Source of the DNA: Hyphochytrium catenoides
Taxonomy: Eukaryota; Protista; Hyphochytriomycota
Direction of reading: 5' to 3'
Length of the DNA: 34,336 nt
NCBI GenBank assembly: GCA_900088475.1
Contig: FLMG01000604.1
Coordinates: 1-34,336, forward strand
Shown here one piece after another: positions 1 through 11,475 of the stretch. Both the position numbers and the translations under genes were made by a program. The notes under the pieces are model-generated. The model was not told the DNA's origin. It saw only the letters and a list, made by a program, of their open reading frames with translations, and ran no database searches. The number at the start of each line of letters is the position of its first letter. Position 1 is the stretch's first letter.

Positions 1-720
1 GGGGCTAAAGTAATAGGGAGCACCGGTAGTGAGATATTCAGTAGAGTATTTCTATGAACCTGTCCAGAGTACTCTGGTCAGTGAGTGACAAGGACACAAG
101 AGAGGCCCACTCTGGCCTGGAGGAGGAACAGTATTGGAACAGTGTAAGCAGTTTTCCTAAGCCATACCTCAACTTGGCGGAGCTTCTTTAGGGAAGTGGG
201 TGGGCGAGTAAAGTGGAGCTCATCGTCTACCTCACTACCTCCACCCTAAAGCTACCCGAAAAGCCCACCCACCTAGAGCGTTTGGCACTTAGGGGTAGGG
301 AGGGTGAGTACCCCACAAACCCCTTCATTGTAGGAGGACTCAGGGGTAGCAAGTGCTTCTCCTCCCCATAGGGCTTGGTACGTGGTACTTCTGTGTACAA
401 CTCTATAGACGGAAGTGTGCAAACACCAAAACACAAAAATAGCAATAAAAATCTATGCCTTGATTATCATTATCTAAGGCCTTGTGTGAAACACTCTATA
501 ACTTACCCACAAAAACTAAAGGTGCGAAGAAAGAAAGGAAAATAGGGTCCCTTTTATTTTCTAAAACTTGCTGTGGGCACCTACTCCTAACTCCCTACTC
601 TGGCACAGTTGTACGAGTACTTGTACTTGTACCTTCTTGGGAGCGATGTGATGATGGGGTGCAGAACGGGAAAGTTCACACAGATAGAGTTCCCTGTAGC
701 GGCGATAACTAGTGCTAGAC
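1..720. other. CpG-poor non-genic stretch, possible decayed transposon relic
   Basis: About 14 CpG counted by eye in 720 nt, visibly fewer than in nearby exons. No coherent gene model. 10-bp inverted repeat GTGGGTGGGC (196-205) / GCCCACCCAC (263-272). Confidence 0.25.
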
Positions 721-1019
721 TAATCTAGGGTCCCTTTTAACGATTATTGGGGCTGATATTAGTCCAAGCTTCTGATTGATGGAGCTTCTCATCTGCCCTT
801 CTGGCACACGAAGCACACCCCTGACAGGGTCATTCTTGATTCTTGATGGAACTTCAAGATTTGCAGCAAGATCACGCTCAACAGGTTTTTTATTAACAAG
901 CGGCGTTTTTCTACCAGCTGTACTCTGGCGTGTTATCTCCCATTGCATTAGCATTAGTAAGATTCTTGCCACATCCCTGATACCACGGCTTACGAGAGGA
1001 AGGAGATTCCGGAGGAGCA

Positions 1020-4003
1020 ATGACCAGGAGAAAGAGCAGACATGAGGATAGAGAAGAAGTACACGCACGTGGTAGTCCGAGTGATGGCGAGGATGCCATA
1101 GATACGACAAACTTTCTACCCATTCCGCGAGGGAAACAGCTTTCAGAACCCAGAAGTAGAAAGAAGCTCAGCGATGGAAAGAAGGAGCAGGATCATGAAC
1201 TACCTCCTAAGGGTTCTACAATGCAGGTGCAACAGCGAACGCGAGCGCCGATTATGGCAGGTACGAGTCACGTGCCTAGCTACCTTCTCCCGTGAGCTAA
1301 CACCCGGTTATCACTTCACAGGCTTCTTGCTTGGAATAGTGGCTGCTATAATGGCAGTACAGCTTGGTCTTGTCATGGTAGACGAGCGTGGGTATCAGAC
1401 AACGATGGAAGTTCTGCAGCATAGGATACAGGAGGTGGCCACAAATATTCCGCAGCTATTAGGGAACATGTCTAAAGAGGACATACTTGGGGTGAGCACT
1501 GTATTCCACAGTCCTCCGTACACCATCTCTAAGAAGTGTTCGCTGCGTAGCTCTACTATTCCACGTTTGACAAGATTCAGGGTGATCTCAACGAGACTGC
1601 CATATCTATTAGGGATTACTTTGAGAGTCTGACTCCGACAGTAACGGTGGGGTTAGACTAGTGGCTGAAAAGCACTCATTACCTGCTAAGACGCGCTTCG
1701 TCTAGGAGAGGCCTGGGGAGCGTTTAAGCTCCAAGCTACATGCGAAACACTCGCTGTTTTTCATGCCAGGACTTACAAGTACGCGTTTAGAGTTGTGGCA
1801 GCACAAGCAGTGCGCAAAGGGACTATTTAGAGCTCCTGTTTGGAGCACGGCTAGAATGGCAGGCCACTTTTTACTAAATCAAGTAGGTGGTCTACATCAC
1901 AACTTAGATGAGCATCCGATCAATCTCTTCTCTTCAGAATTGCTGGCTGGAGCATCTAAAGCTCAACACCACCACTGGGCTAGACCCTGAGGGCATAAAG
2001 GTTCGACCTGCTGAAGGCATCCGCGCGGCAGACTTTGTGGTCGGGGATCAAAGCTCAGGAGGTTACTGGGTTTGGGGCAAGGTCATCGAAAATTTGGCCG
2101 ACATAGGCTATGATGCCAATCTCATGTAGGATGCCCTTACTTCCGGCGAGAACTGCAGCTGGTTTGAATGGTTTCTTGCAGGCGTATGGTGGCCTATGAT
2201 TGGCGATTAGGTTTTCAAGCCCTCGAAAAGCGAGACAGACTTTTTACGAGGATGAAAACGGAGATTGAGATGGAAGTGAGAACCACTGGCCACAAGGTAG
2301 CTGCCTCCCTCAACGATGTGCTTTCACGATGCTGAGAAAGAATTTTTCAGATTGTGGCCATTGGTCACTCTAACGGAGTACTCTGCTGGCACTACTTTAT
2401 GAAATGGGCAGAGAGTGAGAACGGTGGTAAAGGGGGCACTAAGTGGGTTGCCGATCATGTTCATGCCTTCATAAATGTTGGAGGACCAATGCTGGGTGTG
2501 CCAAAGGCGGTAAGTTAAACTTAGTATCACAATCAAGTCTCAAAGTTGGGGTGTACAATGCTTACAGCATGTCTGGCAGGTGAGTGCTCTACTATCAGGG
2601 GAGACCAAGGATACAGCGAACTTGGGCCTGCTTCAAAGCATTCTAGACTTCAAGTTCTCCCCACCAGCAAGAAGGGAGCTCTTCAGGAGCTGGTTTAGGT
2701 GAGATTCAATAGCAAGGGGATCAGCTTCTCACCCAGCAAAGGTCAAGAAACTGTTCTCTGACAGCCATGTCCTTACTGTAAACAGCGTAGGAACTATGAT
2801 GCCTCGTGGTGGCAATAGGGTGTGGGGATATCCAGATGAGCCTGCGGTGGACGACCCTCGGGTACTATGAACCACTGTGAGACTTACCAATGTAGACTCT
2901 GATTAAGCTGCATGTCTACTGCGGAACAAGACCTCTGACAGCGAAGATTTGAAACAATTATCCGGACTAATAGTTTCGTTCACCGATGGCTCCAGCCCTA
3001 ATATGACGGTAGAGGAGGCCCAGGACTTTATCATTAAGAATTCCTCGAAGGGCTCGGTAAGGGGTCAAGCACCTCATAAGGAATAGTGGTTTGTCTTTAT
3101 AAGGCTTATCGCTCTCTTGTAGGGGATGTCTCTGCTTATGGAGACTGTAGAACTGGGGCTATGGAAAGCGTCCAAGAATGATGACCCACGAACTTGGTCC
3201 AATCCTTTGGCCTCAGCACTACCCTATGCCCCTGAAATGAAGTATTATTGCGTCTACGGCGTCAGCAACCCAACGGAACGGGCCTATTTTTATCGGGCCA
3301 ACCCGAGCTTCCAGGAGGTTGTTCGAGAGAGTGAGTATCCGGAGTCCAGAGACACTTCCACACCGAGGGCTTCGATCCTTGACTCAGAAGTCCCATTTCT
3401 GATCGACTCGACGGTAGATAAACCGCCTCACATTCGGTAGGTAGTGAAGCATCCACCCCTGGTTCTTATGGCGGTCTTTGCTTTTCGACGCCATTTCACA
3501 TATGTTTATGTGTTGATCTATCGTGCAAATAGGCGTGGAGTCTTGTATGCTGACGGCGACGGTACAGTTCCCCTCTTAAGCTTGGGCTATATGTGCTCAT
3601 CTGGTTGGAAAAATAAGCGATACAACCCAGCCAACATGCAGGTGAAGTATGCACTTTAACAGCCCACAGAAAGATGTTAGAGGCTCAGGCTACGTGCTCG
3701 CAGGTGAAAAGCATAGAACTCAAGCATGAGCCACTACCAATCTTCCTGGACCCGAGAGGAGGGCCGAAAACCTCTGACCATGTAGACATTATGGGAAACC
3801 ACGAGGTGAGCACATTCGTATAATCTGCAGTTATGCGCTATCACGATGTTACTGATCCTATGTGGCAGCTCATTGAGGTGATTCTTCGAGTGGCGGCCGG
3901 AGCTGATGATGACGTGAAAGAGAAGACAATTTCTGAAATTGATGCTATCGCAGCTCGCATAGATCTAGACAACGACTCGCGTCATTGGCGTAAACCTCAA
4001 TAA
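1020..4003 (+). CDS. PDAT: Phospholipid:diacylglycerol acyltransferase (PDAT/Lro1, LCAT family), 14 exons
   Basis: Hand-spliced through 13 GT-AG introns (first 1261-1321) in one continuous frame. N-terminal TM (GFLLGIVAAIMAVQLGLVMV), then FMPGLTSTRLELW, CWLEHLKLN..TGLDPEGIKVRPAEG, GYWVWGKVIENLADIGYD, AYDWRL, nucleophile GHSNG (2363-2377), GGPMLGVPKA, WSNPLASALPYAPEMKYYCVYGV, DGDGTVPLLSLGYMC, DHVDIMGN. TAA stop at 4001-4003. Confidence 0.93.
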
Positions 4004-4102
4004 AGGGTCCATCTTGTAACTGTAAAGGAGGTGCTTTTACTGATTGGAGTTCAGACTAGCCTTTAAGAGTTGTTCAGCGGCGAGGTATCTTGCCAGAGAT
4101 AC

Positions 4103-4135
4103 CGCAAGATTGGCACTACGCAAGATTGGCACTAC
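4103..4135. repeat. Perfect 16-bp tandem duplication (CGCAAGATTGGCACTA x2)
   Basis: Read directly: 4103-4118 and 4119-4134 are identical. Confidence 0.9.
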
Positions 4136-4386
4136 AACTGCGCTTGTCTGATTCGCATAGGAACCTGTAAGGTCACAGCTCATCCTCAACGAAGGACTAT
4201 TCTGAAGATGGTGCTCCACGGACCAGGAAACCGAAACTCTTCCAATACTTGTCTTCAAAGGTTCTGGCGAATCAACCAGGTTAGATTATAAGCGGTCGAC
4301 AAGCATCATCTGGTTCGAGTCATCTTCCCCCTGCGCGAGCTTCAAATCCGCAGAGGGTCTGAGACTTATGTAGATGATAGTCCGAA

Positions 4387-4571
4387 CCAATGTCTACCTG
4401 ACCAGTGTCTACCTGAACGATCAGTGTCTGCCTGAGTTAAGTGTACCTGATCAGTGTCTATCTAAACGATCAGTGCCTGCCTGAGCGTTCGCCTACCTGA
4501 CCAGTGTCTACCTGACTTGCCTGAGAGGTCTACCTGACCAATGTCTACCTGAAGGACCAGTGTCTGCCTGA
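4387..4571. repeat. Degenerate minisatellite, core CCAGTGTCTACCTGA, arranged as about four 40-49 bp higher-order units
   Basis: Units 4387-4435 (49 bp), 4436-4484 (49), 4485-4524 (40), 4525-4571 (47). Each has three sub-units nearly all ending CCTGA. A short AAGCATCAC-like repeat follows at 4606-4633. Confidence 0.9.
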
Positions 4572-5093
4572 GAGGTCTGGTCTGCCAGGTCACACACTAC
4601 TCAAGAAGCATCACAAGCATCACAGATCACAAGGGAAGAGTTTCTACCAGCTCCGAGCTACTAACAATAAAACACATCCTCAAACCTTGGAGTTTGCTCT
4701 CTTCCACTTTCAGCCCCTGGGGGATGCCTGTTAGCTGCTGGCATCTGATTCCTATTTACCCTGTAAATAATAGAGAGAGGCCCCACAACCTGCTTGACTT
4801 TGAGAAAGAGACCAGAAGCAACAGAAGAGTGAGAAGAAGCGGGGCTGATCACGAAGAAGAAGCTAGGGCTGACAGAGAAAGGAAGAGCCGAGCTCGGGAC
4901 GGCGACTAAAAGCTCAGGACATCGTATCCATGAGAGTGAGCCTCTAAAACCTGCTACCTGAGCTTCTGGATCATCCATAGCTCGTGTAGGATCGACTGCA
5001 CGAGCTTCGAATAAAGTCGGCCGTCACAGTCAATCACCTCACCTCTGAGCAAGAACTTTGGCAGAGTCGGACTCCAGGAAGATAGTCTCAGAA

Positions 5094-7220
5094 ATGGCGA
5101 TATGCTCTGGATGTGGTTACGATGCGGGGACTATGAAGTTCTGCCCAGAGTGTGGGAACCGGATGACTTCGGTCGCCCCTCCGCCTCCTCCACCGCCACA
5201 GAGTCGCCAGGGCAGACCAGCATCGAGTTCAGCATCCAGAAAGAGTGATCCTCAAGCGCCTCCGCGGAAGATGAGGCCATCCTCAGCCCCCGCCCCTCCT
5301 CCTCCACCTCCTCCGCCTCCACGGCGATCATCCTTAAAGAGTACCGTCCCATCCCCTGCAACAGGGGAAGAGGCGCAAGCATTATATAAGTCCATCATCA
5401 AAAAGGTAGTGGCCTTTCTTACACACCATTTTAAATTTAGTTGCTCACGGACTCACATTGCGGTTCCATTGTATCTCATAGGTCCGAGCTAGCAGCGGAG
5501 GTGACGACCAAATAGTACAGAGTTTCAAGAGCGACTGCAAGCTGTACGGTCAAGGGAACCTTCCTGCAGCAGAATTCTATCAAAACTTAGTAAACAGTAT
5601 AGGCGAGGAAGAGACAGAAGACCTTTTCCCTGAGCTAGTCCGTCTTATACCAGACGAGGAGAAACGTGCGGCTCTTCTGGAGGAAAGTATAACCAGGCAG
5701 AAGCCCAAGAAGTCAGGTGAGGCTCACATTTTGCACATACGCTGAATTGGCGCTAATCAACCCTTGGCTAGTGCAATCGAGGACGTCATTCTCCTCCTTA
5801 AGGAACTCTTTCTCTTCAAAGCGCCTAGACTCTAAAAACTATGACGATGGGGGCCGACCATCCAGTCGACTTAGCACGAAAGGCCACTACCAGGATCATC
5901 CGACTTGTGATGTCTGTAATGCAAACTTTGACCTGATGGGAAAAAGACGACATCAATGTCGCATGTGCGCTTCTTTTGTGTGTGCGGGATGCAGTCCGGT
6001 TTTTCTTCTTATCCCGCCAGGACAGCAAGCAGACGGCGTGAAAGGTTACGACCCAGCTGTACCACAGCGAGTTTGTACCGTATGCGCGCCGCTTCTTCAC
6101 GAACATCAGGATTCGCTGCGGGCAACTTACGCGGCCTCAGAGAAAGATAACCCCCATGATGCCAAGCTGAGGTTGCACATTCCGTACTCGCGGTCGTTAG
6201 AGCAGGAGTGCCGAGACGCTGCAGACATTATCGGTAACTTCTTCAGGCAAGAATTGGGCTCAAACGTGGACAGGAAAATTCCTGTCAGCTTCCTTAAAAG
6301 AGCGAACGGGTTGGCCATCATGAAAATAGTCAAGGCAGGCTTCATCGTCTCGGGCAAGCTAGGAACAGGCAAGTAACGTGGCCATTCGTAGGAGCTCAGG
6401 GTCGCCTTTCCCATCTTTCACTTCCTGCAGGCGGGCGGTCCTTTCCGCCTGTGGTCTTATCGACCTACTGTCTAGAACTAACACTTTTCGCAACGCTTGA
6501 TATCAAAACTCTTTGATTTTGATAGGGCTTGTCATTTCAAAGTTACCGGATGGTTCGTGGTCAGCACCTTCAGCCATCGGTACGGCAGGGCTCAGTTGGG
6601 GCCTGATGGTTGGTGGCGAAATAGTGGAGCTGCTTATCATTTTGGGCAGCGAGGCTGCTGTAAAGGTTTTTCATAGAACTCAGGTACATTCTTTGACTGA
6701 CGTAGATAAATATCATACAAATGAGAGACCTTTGCGCTCAGGTTAACGTAGGCGGCGGGCTCGATGTGGCAGTCGGTCCGGTCGGGCGATCAGCTAGCGG
6801 AGGAGCAAGTGTAGGAAGAGGAGGCTTGGGCGTCAACTACAGCTACTCCCACGCAAGAGGACTCTACGCTGGCATCTCGCTGGATGGGGCTGTCATTATG
6901 ACTAGGGGGGACGTGAATAGAAAATTCTACGGTATGTCCGTGCACCTGTCACGGTTGTCGCACTAGCATTGATTTTTTTTTTTTCAGGACAAGATTTGGA
7001 GCCTGCTGATTTGCTAAGTGGACGAGTAGATTCTCCCCGAGCAGCGCAGCCTCTTTATGACGCTCTTGCTGCCGCGGAGGAGGGCATCGAAGACTTCCAA
7101 GACGAGCGGCGCCGAGCAAGAGAAGCTAAGGCTCTCTGCAGCATCTGCGAGTGCGACAACTACGTTGAAAGCTCGCTTCCTTTTGACAACAAGTGTAAGC
7201 TATGCAAGCACAAGCATTGA
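5094..7220 (+). CDS. FYVE + SYLF (Ysc84/SH3YL1-type) protein with N-terminal zinc ribbon, polyproline region and C-terminal Cys/His cluster; 6 exons
   Basis: MAICSGCG..KFCPECG zinc ribbon; polyproline runs; FYVE CDVC..RRHQCRMCASFVCAGCS..QRVCTVC; SYLF motifs KAGFIVSGKLGTGLVISKLPDGSWSAPSAIG, VAVGPVGR, YSYSHARGLYAGISLDG, N.KFYG; C-terminus CSICEC..CKLCKHKH. TGA stop at 7218-7220. Confidence 0.88.
6369..6525 (+). other. GC-AG intron in the SYLF exons
   Basis: ACAG|GCAAGT ... GATAG|GGCTT restores the conserved GKLGTGLV. The nearby GT donor is out of frame. Confidence 0.85.
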
Positions 7221-7289
7221 AATAGCCTTGAAACTTCTCTGCAGTCAGACGTCCAATGCAACCCCGCAGGAGGGATTTGCGCTGCTTGT

Positions 7290-8530
7290 CTAGTGTTCGA
7301 TGGCATGAAGCATCTTGTAGCACTCGTCCATAGCACCTTCGACAACGAAAAGCATCGTTGGCTGCATCTTTATCCCTAAATATCTATACCACCTACCTCG
7401 AACTTTATCAGACGACAACGTAGTCAGACTCTCCATTCTCTTTTGCTCCTGCGCGTCATCCATAACCGGAGTACTGACTCCTATGCATCGTTCCACGTAA
7501 GAGCCCACCATGAACATCGTCTTCAAGTTCTTCCCCTTACCGCCCAGCCAAGGCTCATGATCAGCTCTGGCTGCTTGCGATTCGGGATTGGGTTCGGTAC
7601 TGGTATCCACTGCCTGTGTAAAATGGGCGTAATTTTGGAGGACGCCTCTCAGATTAATAACTTGCAAGTAGGGCCGATATGAACATGAGCACCTTGGTCA
7701 CTGCGAGTAGTTGTCCGTCTAGTAGTAGTAGCTGTGGCACTGCTGATAAGAGCGTATCAAGGTAGGCGCTGCCGTTGCAGACTGCAGATCATGGGCAAAC
7801 ATATTGATAAGCTATCACCCTAGGATGACCGCATCTCTTCCTACTTAGGCCTACCTGCGTTCCCTTTCAAGTTCAGCGAGGTCAGGCCCTTGAGCTGGGA
7901 GAGAGCATTAGCCAGTCGCGCAAGTGCTGCATCTTGCGCTTCCTCACCTTCCCAAGACGTTCTAGCTCTTTGATATCGGCTATGAGGTTGTTCTACCGTG
8001 GAAATGGACAGTTAGGGGATTGAAGTAAGGTGTATAAACAGATTCATACGCACTCTGATGTCAAGGACTTGGAGATCTGGTAGGCTCGGCAGATCCGCTG
8101 CAATGGCCAAAGAGACGGTGCCGGTAAGGCCCAAGCGTGCATTAGATTTTAAGTAACAGAAGTAGGGCCAAGCCGTACCAAGACTTTCCACTTGGTTGTT
8201 TGATAAGTCCAGCTCGGTCAGTCCCATGTGATGGTCTAAGCTCTCCAGCTGCTTAAACTGTCGGTCGTACCAAAAGTCAGAACCAATCGGAGCTCCCGAC
8301 ACTGGCAGGGGGATTAGCGTACTTTATTCCCAGCAAGACAAAGCCGACTAAGAGATGGGCATGTCTTCAATACGTCGGCTGTCTCCAAACCTGAAAATTG
8401 AGCGTTTAGAGGGATGCCAGACAAGCAGACAAGTCTCGACTGACACACCTCGTCCTTCCAGAGAGAGGTGAGTGATACTCTCCAGGTCATACTGTCCCGA
8501 GATCGCCTTTAAGCAGTCTTCGCTAAGCAT
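7290..8530 (-). CDS. Leucine-rich repeat protein, LRRC61-like, about 10 exons
   Basis: Starts MLSEDCLKAISGQYDLESITHLSLEGRG, resembling the LRRC61 N-terminus. LRR units LSRLCLAGNK, LTELDLSNNQV, LQVLDIRNNLI, LTSLNLKGNAVC and an LRR cap (Y....LSAVPQLLLLDG). TAG stop at 7290-7292. Confidence 0.75.
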
Positions 8531-8663
8531 GAGTCACCTTTAGAACCGAAGCCGAGCCGACATTAGCCGCTCGGTCAGAAGCTTGCTTTACGAGCTATGC
8601 GGCAAGGCGACGGCATGGGACAAACAAGGCCATTCATCAGCCTGCTGCTGGTACTCGCTGGCG

Positions 8664-8852
8664 ATGTGGTCGTCAGAAGCAGCCTTGTGTCATCCAAGTC
8701 CAGGCTTCAAGAAGCTTTATGATAAAGATGAGGGAGTAGCCGCTAACGACCGTCTGAAGGAGAGTGTCGTTTGGCTTGACCGTTACTACCGTGTGACTGC
8801 TGATGCTCCCAAGAGAAGTCTCAAGCCCGCGGATGGTGGGCAAACCCTCTGA
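8664..8852 (+). CDS. Possible small protein (62 aa), unknown function
   Basis: MWSSEAALCHPSPGFKKLYDKDEG..WLDRYYRV..GGQTL*. Lies divergent to the LRR gene in an otherwise empty slot. No family recognised. Confidence 0.25.
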   Translation: MWSSEAALCHPSPGFKKLYDKDEGVAANDRLKESVVWLDRYYRVTADAPKRSLKPADGGQTL

Positions 8853-9361
8853 TTATTGATGGACGAGCCCATAGATAATGGGCTCAAGAGTCAACAAAGG
8901 AAATAGCTCACATGGTTTACGTTGATCTTCTTTGCTTTACGCACCGAAGTGATTCGCTCCTGACTAGCCCTACCCTAGGAATCCCAGCGCCTCCATCTTA
9001 CAGCGGGAATCTACGTCTCTTAATCAACTCATGTCTCAAAGGGAGCTGATTGCCTGGCTTCAGTATTAGCGATGACTGATCGGCCAGCTAAGCCACAAAC
9101 CGGAGTTGTGAGTCTTTTGTCTGCCCACGTCCAGTGGTAAATAGTCTTCTATCGAGTGAAGCCAAATAGGAACTAGATAACATAAGCAAGGTCTAAGCAG
9201 ACCAGAGATACCAAGAGAGAAAAGCCTATGTCCTCCGAAAAAGCCCCAACTGAGAAGAGTCGGGGTCGGAAGATATAGCCGTGTCAATCTGAATGCTAGA
9301 AATAAATAGCTTGCCGTGTCCATTGGCCCAGAATCCCAAAGAGCCACTACTTCAGAACCAC

Positions 9362-11475
9362 CTAGAGAGATTTTATGAGAGACAATGCCTCCTGAAGCTG
9401 CTCCCACTGCCGTCTGAATCTGTCCCTTTCTTCTTGCAGAATTTCATTTGCGGCGCGTACAGACTTCACCTCACGGACTAACAACTTCTTTTGTGCCTAC
9501 AAGCAACCTTGGTTAGAATCCGCCCCTAGTACAAGTCGGATTCACAAGCATAAGCAATTGCCTTAAATTGGTGCTCCGCATCCGCTTTTTCTTGAAGGGT
9601 AAGCTTCATGAGGTCCTCTAACACCTAGACATAGACATTTAGAGGAGTATAGCCATTTTGAGAAGTTTGAGCGGTCCAAAGGTCCGTTGCTCACCACCAA
9701 CGAGCTCTTTTGGCTCTCCAGCTTCTTGGTGGTGCTCATCAACGCGCTTTCATACTGAAGCCTGGCCTGGAAAGAAGGACAGGATTGGTATCGATCGGCC
9801 CAACGATCATCTTTAATTTATTCCCCTTACGCTTTTGAGCTTCTTCTCCAGCTCGAGGACTCGATAGTCCAGGAAGCTGATCGCCTCGCTGTCAGCCACT
9901 AGATAAGGAGAGCCTTAGCATCGACAGTCTGTCTGCGCGAATTATACGGGAAGAGTCACCTGTCTGAGCTTGAGTTCTTGCTAGATCTTCCATACAGGCG
10001 GCTAAGGCGTCTTCCACCTCCTACCCGTGCAAAGAATCACGTTTGAGGGGACAGACGCATAAACTTGATGCTAGGTACCTTTAGCTTGTGCAACAAAAAC
10101 TCTTTGGCCTTTTCTGAGGCTTCGGCCCGCTGCACCGTGTCCTCAAGTTCAGCCTGTAGCCTTGACTTCTCTCTCTAAATGAGTGACTGAATGTAAGAAG
10201 CGCGTCTCCAGGCAACGACTTAAATTCCAGATACCTCAAGCCTTTTGGACTTCGTCATAATCTCGTAAAATAACGCCATCTCCTGCTTTCCAAGGCGGTT
10301 TACTATCTCCTCTGCCTTTAGCAGTTGACTCTTTCCTACGTGTTCCAACCCCATGGGCTTGGATTCTGATATACTGGCGCCTGTCGCGGCTGTTATAGAT
10401 GAACGCCGACCCTGTCAGGAGTGTTAGCTCTAGGTCACGTCGATGCTTTAGAGAGACCTACATCGGGAGGCCGCATCCCTTGTGGGATCTTGATGCCAAA
10501 CAGCGCTTGTGACCGAAAACATAATGGTCGGGAAACAAGACTCAAGGCAAGGCTATCATTCACTTCCAAAAATGAGAAAACGCTAAGCAATACTCGGTCG
10601 TCTGCAGCCAAAAGAAGAAAATCCGAGACCCTGCATCCTGATTGTGAAGATATTAACATAAGCAGAGACCTGAGATTAGAGATACTGGCCAATTTGCTAG
10701 CGATTGGCTTGCCCTCTTCTACTTACCTGTAGCGTCATTTTCTGTCGTGAGGTGGCTCTGGGACTGCTTAACAAGTAGGTGAAAGGTCTTCTCCTTCCTT
10801 TTAAGCTCTTTTAGCTCCCTTTGACAAATGCTCAGCTCCCTTGTTGTCCTCGAAGATTCAGCCACCTTCCGGTCTAGCTCAATTACCCTTGCTTGCAACC
10901 TGAAGAGCGAATTAACAGGCAATATCATCTTTCGTAATATAAGACTTACTCCTTTTTCGCCTCCAGCTCCCGAAAGACATTTTTCATTTCTGTCTTGAAC
11001 ACCTCAAAAGCCCTTTTCCCCTCTTCCTGTATGCTGCAAAGCCGATCATTGAGCTAACAAGAGGTAAGAGATCTGCGCTAGGTAATCGCAGCTCCCGCCA
11101 GGAACCAGTAAACCTACCTTCCTGTTACTTTTCTCCAGCTGCCGCTCCCTCTGCTGACTAGCCTCAAGCTGATCTTCTAGCTCTACCACTCTGTTCAGCA
11201 ACTCTATCCGCTGGCACTCCCAATGATATGCCTCTACCTCATATGTCAGGTTCTCCAGCAAACTTTTCACCTGTGGTACGCCCGCGCAAGGTGCAATTGG
11301 AACGGAAGACCTTAGCTATTCTTGTCTATCAGAGCTTCTTGTCAATCGGTTCATGAACACATACCTCAGTCTGTGTGTGAACTTCTTGAAGGGCTACGCC
11401 GATCGCCCGATTCACCGTGGCCCCCACTTCCCTTGTTACCGCCGACAAGTGCTTTCCAATGCTACTCTCCCACAT
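9362..11475 (-). CDS. Coiled-coil protein with central F-box-like motif, about 12 exons
   Basis: Continuous spliced frame from MWESSIGKHL. Heptad-rich segments flank DDRVLLSVFSFLEVNDSLALSLVSRPL (F-box-like). C-terminal coil has ISFLDYRVLELE and KKLLVREVKSVR. TAG stop at 9362-9364. The 5' end may extend further upstream. Confidence 0.7.
9497..9561 (-). other. GC-AG intron (65 nt)
   Basis: TTTAAG|GCAATT ... TTGTAG|GCACAA joins HQFK to AQKKLLVREVK in frame; CTAAC branch-like motif present. Confidence 0.7.

Noticed and set aside
188-250. Telomeric TTTAGGG/CCCTAAA
   Set aside because: Single isolated copies, not an array.
715-1110. ORFs around the PDAT start (715-1110 minus, 776-1045 plus)
   Set aside because: No motifs; they overlap the PDAT promoter and first exon.
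4387-4571. CRISPR-like array or QVDTG peptide repeat
   Set aside because: There are no unique spacers, the units are contiguous and degenerate, no cas genes are present and the context is eukaryotic. Unit lengths break the reading frame.
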